Shown here one piece after another: positions 57,531 through 64,000 of a DNA stretch of 64,000 nucleotides. The stretch spans positions 10,569 to 74,568 of the forward strand of contig DATIPQ010000083.1 in assembly GCA_035471785.1 (NCBI GenBank), in the 5' to 3' direction. Below the pieces are notes generated by a model. That model had not been told where the DNA came from, made no database searches, and worked only from the letters and a program-made list of their open reading frames with translations. Both the position numbers and the translations under genes were made by a program. The stretch is from Acidobacteriota bacterium. GTDB lineage: Bacteria; Acidobacteriota; UBA6911; RPQK01; DATIPO01. The first letter of the stretch is position 1, and each line of letters starts with the position of its first letter.

Positions 57531-60500
57531 GTTCGACGATCTCCTCAAGTAATGCGTTGTACCTTCCCAACAAAGCCCCGGCCGCCGTGCCCGAGCCGAG
57601 CCTGCCCTTAAGCGTCAGTTGCCCGCTCAAGCCGCTGTCGGACATTGCCAGGTAGAGAATGAGGTCGTAGTCGTGCACCGCCGACTTGAAAAAGCCGGAC
57701 TGGGCCTCAACCGGCGCCGGCTCGGTGGTCAGCCCGGCGAAGGCGTTCATTTCGGCAGGCTGTTCATCGAAAAGGAAGAAGGCCTGAGCCAGTGCGCTCC
57801 GTTCTATTCCGGACTCCGTACTCAGGCGTCGCATCAGTTCCTCGAAGGGGACATCGTGATGTCCGCAGGCGTGCAGGAACGACTCGCGCACCCGGCGCAG
57901 CGCTCCCAAGGGCGATTGCCGGGGAGAAACCCTGGTGCGCAGAACCAGCGTATCCGTAAGCGGACCCACCATGTTTTCGAGCGGGCGCTGATGACGCGAC
58001 GCCAGATTGGTGGCCACGCGGACGTCGCAACTCCCGCCTTGCCGCTGAAGAAGCCTTTTCAAGGCCGAGAGCAAGACCACGAAGAGGGACGTCTGCTCGC
58101 GACGGGCCACTTTTGCCAGTTTCATAGAGAGAGCAGGTGCGATCTTGAGGGGATAGCTTTCCACCCCCTCCTCGGAGCCGTCCCGCGCCGGACGCCAAGA
58201 AAAGCGCATGCGCTCCAGTGGCGGCTCCAGGATGCTTTTCCATTGCGCCACCTGGCCGTCGAAAAGGCCTTGCTCCAGGCACTCCCTCTCCCAGAAGGCG
58301 TAATCGCCAAAAGTGAGGGAGGGCCGAGTAAGGGGCGAATCCAGTCCTCTGGCAATGGCCTCATAGTCGGCGGCGAATTCCCGCCCTAACACGCCCAGGC
58401 TCCATTCATCGGCCACGATGTGGTGGGCCACCAAAGTCAGGACATGGTGATCTTGCTGCAAACGGGCGATCATGAAACGGGCACACGGACCTCTCGCCAG
58501 GTCAAAGGGCCTGGCAGCCTCTGATTGAGCCGCCTCGAGCAAAAGGCGTTTCTCCTGCTCGTCGCGAATGTGTGCGAAATCGAAAAGGGCGGCCTCAACA
58601 CAGGTGCCGTCGTCCCACTGCTGCCAGAGCCTTCCGTCCCGCAGATCGAACTTGGCGCCGAGAATCGGGTGCCGCCGCGACAGTGCTTCCAGAGCCTGCT
58701 TGCCCGCGGCCAAGTCGAAGGGGCCTCTGAGAGCGAAGGAGCTGGCGATGTTGAGAAAGTGCGGGTTCTCAGCCGTCCGATCCACTGACCAGAAATGGCG
58801 CTGCACCAGCGTCGTCGGCGAGGCGGCGGCGGAACGGGCCCGCAAAGGCGGCAACCTCTTGGCAAGGCCCCGCGAGCGGTCAACTTCCGCTGCCAGCTCC
58901 GAAACGGTCGGATGCTTGAGGATGGCCTGCAGAGGCAAGGCAACGCCTAGGTCCTCGTTGATCCGGGCCATAACGCGGATGCCGATCAATGAATGTCCGC
59001 CCAAGTCGAAGAAATGGTCGTGAACGCTGAGCCGCTCCAGGCTGAGGAGTTGCTTCCAGATTTCGCACAGCCGCCGCTCGGTTTCAGTTCGGGGTGACCG
59101 GTCGGCGGCGGCTATGCCTCTTGAGTCAGTTGTCTGGAGGCCAGAGACGTCTACCTTGCCCTGGGCCGTCAACGGAGTGTCGGCGATACGTCCGATGGTG
59201 AGGAGAGGCTTCGATTGGGGCAGCAGCACGGCCAGGAGCCGCCTGACGGATTTGAGGTCAAGACCTTCGTAGCTAGCCGTGACAAAGGCCCTCAGACCTG
59301 CACCGGAGTCCTTATCCCTTACGATCCATGCGTCGTCGATGCCTTGGCAATGCAGCAACGCGGCTCTGACCTGGGCGCCATCGATGAGCATCCCATCGTC
59401 CTCCAGCACCTCGTCGTCGCGTCCCCAGAATTGCAGGTCGCCGTTCTCCAAACAGCGCACTCGGTCACCGGTCCGGCAGAGACGCTTGTCTGGAATGTCT
59501 CCATGAGGCGGAGGGGTGAATGTTTCAGCGGTTTGTCGAGGCCGATGAAGATAACCGCGGGCCAAGCCGGCCCCGGCCAAGTAGAGTTCGCCCACCACTC
59601 CGGCCGGAACGGGAAGGCCGCGCTGATCCAAGACGTAGCAGCGGGTGTTTGAAATGGGCCGGCCGATGGCCGGCGCTTGCCCGGGCCGCCGCAACTTGCA
59701 GGCGGCAAAGGCCCCGGCCTCGACAAGTCCGTAGAGGTCGTAGACCCGCAAGGAGCCGGCCGCCTGCTGACAGACCTGATCGGCGAGAGCGGTTTCGAGG
59801 CGTTCGCCGTAGAGATTGACCACCCGCAAGGACTCGGGCAAGGCCTCAGGGTGCTTCCGCAACAGAACCCGCACGCTCCCCGGTGTCGTGTTCGCCATCG
59901 TGACGGAATCCCTTGCCGGCAGGAAAGGAAGGGAGAGGGCGTTCTCGGCCAGCACCAGACTGTGCCCGGAGCAGAGCGGAACGAAGATTTCGAAGAGTGA
60001 GGGGCCGCGGCAAAGCGAGCAGGAGGCGAGCACTGCGGCAAGATCCTCGGCCGGGTAAAAGCCGTGGGCCCAGTCGAGGAGCGAAGTGACGCTTCGATGC
60101 TCGATCATGACCATCTTCGGAATGCCGAGATAATCTCGCCCGGAGAGCATGATGCAGGCTAGACTCTCGGGGGCTGCCGGCAATCCGCGATCAAGCGGCG
60201 GGGCATCCCCCTCGTCCGGCAGCAGCACCTCTCCCTCCCATCTTGGGAGAGATTCGGCCACCTCGCCTTCAGCGACCAGGACCTGGGTGCAGCACTGGTC
60301 GAGCAGAGCTTGGATTTTCAGCAGCGGATAGTGAGGCTCGATGCAGATGAAAGCGGCGCCCGCCTTAAGGACGCCGAGAAGGCTGGCGATTAGCCGCGGC
60401 GTGCGCCGCATGCACAGGGCCACCACCTGTCCCGGCCTCACGGACCGGTCCAACAGCCGGCCTGCCAGTCTGTTGGCTTCATCGTTGAGTCTGCTGTACG

Positions 60501-62136
60501 AGATGACCTCCTGCCCAAAGCGGACAGCCACAGCCTCTGGCCGTTCCCGAACGCGGGCCTCGAACAACTCGTGAAGACAGCTCGTCTCGATGTCTTGGGT
60601 GCTTTCAGCGTCCCTCCATCGCCACAGCATCAGGTCTCTTTCCGGCGGAGTCAGGAGAGGGGCGGTTGTGATGCATCCGTGAGGATTACGGGCCATTTCC
60701 GTCAACACCAGCTCAAAGTGGCCGGCCATGCGTCGGACCGCCCTGCGATCAAAAAGGTGATGAGGATATTCGAAGATGCCGTTCAGTCCGGCTTCGCTTT
60801 CCTGCAGCGAAAGCAGGAGGTCGAACTTGGCGGTTTGAGTTTCGACTTCTCTCAAGTCGGCCCGCAGTCCGCGGAACTCATATCCCTGCGAGGAGGCTTC
60901 GGTGAAGGAAAGCATGACTTGAAAGAGGGGTCCGCTACGCGGCGGGTTTTGCCGGGCGAGTTCTTCAGCCAGAGTCTCGATGGGCAGGTCCTGATGCTCG
61001 AAGGCTTCCAGCGCCGCGGCACGCTCGCCCGCCAGCACGTCCTGCCAGGTATCTGAAGGCCTGAGCGGATTGCGCAGCACGATTGTATTGCCGAAGTAGC
61101 CCATCAGGGCTTCGGTTCCGGGCAAAGTCCGGCGGATGACGGGCGTGCCGATTAACACGTCGGTCAGTTCAGTGTATCGAAGGAGCAGAATGCGGAAAGC
61201 GCTGACCAGGAGCATGAACCGCGTCGCCTGCAGGCTCCGGCCGACCTCGGCCAGGCCGGCGCCGAGTTGCTTTGAGATGTGAAAAGACACCCGTTCGCCA
61301 CGAACTTCTTCCGGGGGAGCGCAAAAAGCAGCGAAAGGCAGTCTCACGGGGGTCCATTGTCCGCTGAGCTTTTGCCTCCAATAGGCCAGGAGCTTCTCCT
61401 TGCGAGCCCCCTTCAAGTGGCCTTGCTCCCACACCGCGAAGTCGGCGTAACTCAGTGCCGGTTCGGGCAGGGAAGCTTCTGGTGCTTGGTAGAATGCGGC
61501 CAATTCGCGCAGAAATATGGAAACCGAAGAGACGTCCGCCACGATGTGGTGCAGCTTGACGAAAAGCCAATGAAGCTGATCGTTCTGCCGAAACAGACGT
61601 GCTTGAAATGGGGCGCGCTGAGCCAGGTTGAAGGGCTTTGAGGCATCCTCGCTCATCAGCCTCCAGGCAGCGGCTTCATCTGCGACCTCCTCAGCAGGCA
61701 GATTGCAAGGGGCCCTATCGACGACCTGCATCGGACCGTCCGGCGTCTCCACGAAATAGGTCTGCAGGACTTCTTGCCGGCGTCGGACCCGGCTCAAGGC
61801 GCCCACCATCGAGGACACTCTCAGAGGACCCTCCAGCTTGAGCGTGAATGCAATGTTGTAAGCCGGACTGAGGGGCGCCAGTTTCCACTGCGCCCACATC
61901 CGCTGCTGTCCTGAGGAAAGCGGGAGCGTATGGCTACGGTCGGCCCTGGGAACGGCTTGCGGCAGTGAGCGGAGGGCCGATCCCAGACGTTCGAGAAGCT
62001 GCTCGCGATGCTTTCGAAGCCGCCTCCTGCAGCTTTCATCGAGGGCGCCTGGCGGAGCTTGGTACCTAAGCCTGTCCCCCTCGGCCCAGATTCGGACTTG
62101 CCGTTGGCGCAACTCAGCCAGAAATTGCTCAATCAT
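57514..62136 (-). CDS. NRPS dock-C-A(degenerate)-T-C
   Basis: N-terminal TubC-type dock, HHIVADVSS (C), degenerate A domain, FFDLGGHSL (T) and HHIVADEWS (terminal C). The start is set at MIEQF (62136), 24 nt after the mbtH-like stop. Confidence 0.9.
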   Translation of the reverse strand: MIEQFLAELRQRQVRIWAEGDRLRYQAPPGALDESCRRRLRKHREQLLERLGSALRSLPQAVPRADRSHTLPLSSGQQRMWAQWKLAPLSPAYNIAFTLKLEGPLRVSSMVGALSRVRRRQEVLQTYFVETPDGPMQVVDRAPCNLPAEEVADEAAAWRLMSEDASKPFNLAQRAPFQARLFRQNDQLHWLFVKLHHIVADVSSVSIFLRELAAFYQAPEASLPEPALSYADFAVWEQGHLKGARKEKLLAYWRQKLSGQWTPVRLPFAAFCAPPEEVRGERVSFHISKQLGAGLAEVGRSLQATRFMLLVSAFRILLLRYTELTDVLIGTPVIRRTLPGTEALMGYFGNTIVLRNPLRPSDTWQDVLAGERAAALEAFEHQDLPIETLAEELARQNPPRSGPLFQVMLSFTEASSQGYEFRGLRADLREVETQTAKFDLLLSLQESEAGLNGIFEYPHHLFDRRAVRRMAGHFELVLTEMARNPHGCITTAPLLTPPERDLMLWRWRDAESTQDIETSCLHELFEARVRERPEAVAVRFGQEVISYSRLNDEANRLAGRLLDRSVRPGQVVALCMRRTPRLIASLLGVLKAGAAFICIEPHYPLLKIQALLDQCCTQVLVAEGEVAESLPRWEGEVLLPDEGDAPPLDRGLPAAPESLACIMLSGRDYLGIPKMVMIEHRSVTSLLDWAHGFYPAEDLAAVLASCSLCRGPSLFEIFVPLCSGHSLVLAENALSLPFLPARDSVTMANTTPGSVRVLLRKHPEALPESLRVVNLYGERLETALADQVCQQAAGSLRVYDLYGLVEAGAFAACKLRRPGQAPAIGRPISNTRCYVLDQRGLPVPAGVVGELYLAGAGLARGYLHRPRQTAETFTPPPHGDIPDKRLCRTGDRVRCLENGDLQFWGRDDEVLEDDGMLIDGAQVRAALLHCQGIDDAWIVRDKDSGAGLRAFVTASYEGLDLKSVRRLLAVLLPQSKPLLTIGRIADTPLTAQGKVDVSGLQTTDSRGIAAADRSPRTETERRLCEIWKQLLSLERLSVHDHFFDLGGHSLIGIRVMARINEDLGVALPLQAILKHPTVSELAAEVDRSRGLAKRLPPLRARSAAASPTTLVQRHFWSVDRTAENPHFLNIASSFALRGPFDLAAGKQALEALSRRHPILGAKFDLRDGRLWQQWDDGTCVEAALFDFAHIRDEQEKRLLLEAAQSEAARPFDLARGPCARFMIARLQQDHHVLTLVAHHIVADEWSLGVLGREFAADYEAIARGLDSPLTRPSLTFGDYAFWERECLEQGLFDGQVAQWKSILEPPLERMRFSWRPARDGSEEGVESYPLKIAPALSMKLAKVARREQTSLFVVLLSALKRLLQRQGGSCDVRVATNLASRHQRPLENMVGPLTDTLVLRTRVSPRQSPLGALRRVRESFLHACGHHDVPFEELMRRLSTESGIERSALAQAFFLFDEQPAEMNAFAGLTTEPAPVEAQSGFFKSAVHDYDLILYLAMSDSGLSGQLTLKGRLGSGTAAGALLGRYNALLEEIVEHAFAR
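59077..60579 (-). other. Adenylation-like domain with degenerate core motifs (approximate bounds)
   Basis: A3 reads LACIMLSGRDYLGIPKMV (60109-60162) instead of LAYxxYTSGSTGxPKG. The A4 FDxS motif is absent (CRGPSLFEIF). A5 reads DLYGLVE. A8 reads GRDDEVLEDDGMLIDG. A6 (GELYLAGAGLARGY) and A7-like CRTGD are retained. Confidence 0.7.
61972..62136 (-). other. TubC-type N-terminal docking domain
   Basis: MIEQFLAELRQRQVRIWAEGDRLRYQAPPGALDESCRRRLRKHREQLLERL. Confidence 0.6.
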
Positions 62137-62162
62137 CTGAGGCTTCCTGTCCTGGAGAGGAA

Positions 62163-62384
62163 TCACCCGGCAGATTCGGCGGCCTCCATGCTCTTGCGCA
62201 GGCTGGCGGGGCGCATGTCGGTCCAAAGTTCGCCGATGCGCTCCAGGCAGTCCTCTTTGGGAGCTGCCGATCCCACGGTTTCCCAGCCGTCCGGGACAGG
62301 CATGTCGGAACGCCAAATGGAGTACTGTTCTTCGTGGTTGCGAACCACGTAATAGAGGTCATCGCTACTGTTGTTGTCGGTCAT
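62163..62384 (-). CDS. MbtH-like protein
   Basis: YYVVRNHEEQYSIWRSDMPVPDGWETVG...CLERIGELWTDMRP matches the MbtH signature (N.E.Q.S.W......P.GW). The start at MTDNN (62384) overlaps the upstream gene by 20 nt. Confidence 0.85.
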   Translation of the reverse strand: MTDNNSSDDLYYVVRNHEEQYSIWRSDMPVPDGWETVGSAAPKEDCLERIGELWTDMRPASLRKSMEAAESAG

Positions 62385-64000
62385 AGATCCGTTCTCCCTG
62401 GTGGTTTTGGAAGACTTCGCCGTCGCTTCGCTCTTCATCCTCCCTCAAGGACTGGCCGAGCACCCGCTCGATAATGTCGCGTTCGCCGAGTTCGGTCCGC
62501 CGCGCCATGGCAAGGGCGGCGCGGCGCCTGTCGGCCTCGTCGCGGTCTTGCGACAGCTTGAAACGGCCGAGGATTTCGTCAATCTCGATTTCAAAGCCCA
62601 CGATGTACCCGATCAGAGTCTCGATTCGGGGATCGTCGGGGCTGAGCCGGAAAGCGCCTATCTCCTGATCGGAATGCTCGGCGATGGCGCAGAGTCCCTT
62701 GACAAGCTCTTCGCGGTCGGTGATCAGACGCGCGAGGCCTTCGACGTGCACGGTGAGCGAGTTCCAAGTGGGAAGTTGGTCGGTGGCATATACGTGGGGC
62801 GAGATGTAGCTGTTGGGCCCGTGAAACAAGGCCGTGACGCACCGCCCTTCAAGAAGCTCGACGTGCGGATTGGCGCGGTCCATATGCCCGAAGAGGACTC
62901 CCTTGGCTCCGCGGCCGCGGTCGAGGATGAGCGGGACCTGCGTTATCACGGGCTCATCCTCCCTGCGCGCCGAGATCAGCGTAGCGAACCTGAACCGCTC
63001 CATCACCGCATAGAGTTTGTCGCTCGAATGCTCCAGGTGGCGCTCAGGCGGATACGCGCCCGATAAGGCCTTCGCCGAACGCTCCTCGGCGGCTGGCGTC
63101 CGCCGACAGATGTCCGCGAAGATCTCTCGCGCGCGGAACGGCAACAGCGACATCAGCGTCTCGCCGATGCCAAAGGAGGACTCACCCAGCCCCTGGGCGT
63201 AGAGTCCGCAGCCCATCTCAGGGTCGGTCTGCAGCCGGTGACGGCGTGAAAGAAGGAGTCTGCCTTGGGAGTCCTTCTTGCACAGGGGCAGCACCTCGGC
63301 AAAGATTTCAGGATCGAGGGAGCGATCATATCCGGTGCTCAGCACAACGCCGTCGAAGCTCATCGAACTTGGCGAGGCGCCATATTTTGCGTCTACCGTC
63401 AGGCGCACTTTTTCCTCGCCCGCCTGAATCGCCTGCACACGCGAAAAGGGATGAATGTAGAGACGTTGGCGGCCTTTAACCTCGTCCAGATAACTGCTGC
63501 GGTAGAGGTTTTCAAGCAAGCTCAGCTCGATGACGCCGTAGTTGGTGGTCCGCAATTCCCGTAGAATCGCCGCTCGTTTCTCGGGGCTATAGTTACGAAA
63601 GGCGTCCGCATGCCTGGAGGAGAAGTGCTCGTTGACGAAAGGGCTGTCGTCCGTGGGGCGCGGAGCCGAGCCGGAAATCAGCATGTGTATGCTCGCCCGC
63701 GGGTAGCGTTGATGCAGGTATTCGAGGATCTCGCCGGCACTCTGGCCCCCGCCCACGACTGCGAAATCGTAGCTCCTCCGATGGTCCTCAAACTGTCTGG
63801 GGAAGTGGGGAAGAAATCTGCTCGAATGCACTACCCGGTCAGAGCAGCAAGCCGTCCCTGAGGGGATTCGGGGACGGCCTCCGGGAGCATAGACGATGTT
63901 CTGTGCCAAGTGCTGAGCGGTGTCTCCCGTGGCTGTCTTCGTGACCTCCACGCAAAAGCACCAGGGCACGGTCTCCCCCTTTCGGGTCAGGAGCGAGACC
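62365..64000 (-). CDS. Fusion protein: L-ornithine/L-lysine N-hydroxylase (IucD/PvdA/KtzI family) + PaiB/KtzT-like domain; 5' end outside window
   Basis: The visible N-part has HSSRFL, FAVVGGGQSAGEI, GVVLSTGY and LYAQG of the flavin N-hydroxylase family. The reading frame stays open to the window edge, so the FAD-binding N-terminus is missing. Confidence 0.75.
   Translation of the reverse strand, partial: VSLLTRKGETVPWCFCVEVTKTATGDTAQHLAQNIVYAPGGRPRIPSGTACCSDRVVHSSRFLPHFPRQFEDHRRSYDFAVVGGGQSAGEILEYLHQRYPRASIHMLISGSAPRPTDDSPFVNEHFSSRHADAFRNYSPEKRAAILRELRTTNYGVIELSLLENLYRSSYLDEVKGRQRLYIHPFSRVQAIQAGEEKVRLTVDAKYGASPSSMSFDGVVLSTGYDRSLDPEIFAEVLPLCKKDSQGRLLLSRRHRLQTDPEMGCGLYAQGLGESSFGIGETLMSLLPFRAREIFADICRRTPAAEERSAKALSGAYPPERHLEHSSDKLYAVMERFRFATLISARREDEPVITQVPLILDRGRGAKGVLFGHMDRANPHVELLEGRCVTALFHGPNSYISPHVYATDQLPTWNSLTVHVEGLARLITDREELVKGLCAIAEHSDQEIGAFRLSPDDPRIETLIGYIVGFEIEIDEILGRFKLSQDRDEADRRRAALAMARRTELGERDIIERVLGQSLREDEERSDGEVFQNHQGERIYDRQQQ
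62455..63057 (-). other. PaiB-family (FMN_bind_2-like split-barrel) C-terminal domain
   Basis: FRFATLISA...ITQVPLILD...LFGHMDRANPH...ALFHGPNSYISPHVY...LPTWNSLTVHVEG...GFEIEIDEILGRFKLSQDR follows the PaiB pattern. The heme-dependent piperazate synthase KtzT/PzbB belongs to this fold family. Confidence 0.7.

Noticed and set aside
48670-64000. Interpretation of the N-hydroxylase plus GNAT as a hydroxamate siderophore pathway
   Set aside because: This is not favoured. The hydroxylase is fused to a KtzT/PaiB-like domain, and the GNAT is RimJ/RimL-like rather than IucB/PvdY-like. No TonB-dependent receptor or ferric-siderophore uptake genes are visible. It remains a formal alternative until the fusion is assayed.

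Overview
High-GC bacterial window read from the supplied ORF translations and the DNA only. No database search was run, so all family calls rest on motif recognition from memory. Positions 1-18.6 kb hold ordinary chromosomal genes: nrdR, thiL, an ECF sigma/anti-sigma envelope-stress module, pyruvate:ferredoxin oxidoreductase with a DHOD-like partner, an esterase, mutY, an acyl-CoA dehydrogenase and rlmD. Positions 18.6-21 kb form a lower-GC block with three LuxR-type or receiver-like regulators. From 20,986 to the right edge every gene is on the minus strand and tightly packed or overlapping, giving a roughly 43-kb nonribosomal peptide supra-operon. It encodes five NRPS proteins with 8 carrier domains, two thioesterase termini, two TubC-type N-terminal docking domains and one adenylation domain with degenerate core motifs. 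Around them sit many oxygen-activating tailoring enzymes. These include a SyrB2-like Fe/2OG enzyme with an H-x-V metal motif, a proline-hydroxylase-like oxygenase and a heme-oxygenase-like di-iron protein. There are also three membrane desaturase-like di-iron proteins, an FGE/SUMF1-like protein, an amidinotransferase, a PhzF-fold protein lacking the usual Glu, and a GNAT. The operon also embeds an NrtABC-like importer with an alginate-export-type porin. At the right edge is an Orn/Lys N-hydroxylase fused to a PaiB/KtzT-like domain, which I read as a candidate piperazate synthase cassette. The most interesting hypothesis is an undescribed peptide containing a modified, possibly halogenated or hydroxylated, piperazate or proline. 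No tRNA, rRNA, CRISPR array or transposase was recognised. Sub-gene coordinates are computed from residue counts and may be off by a few codons.
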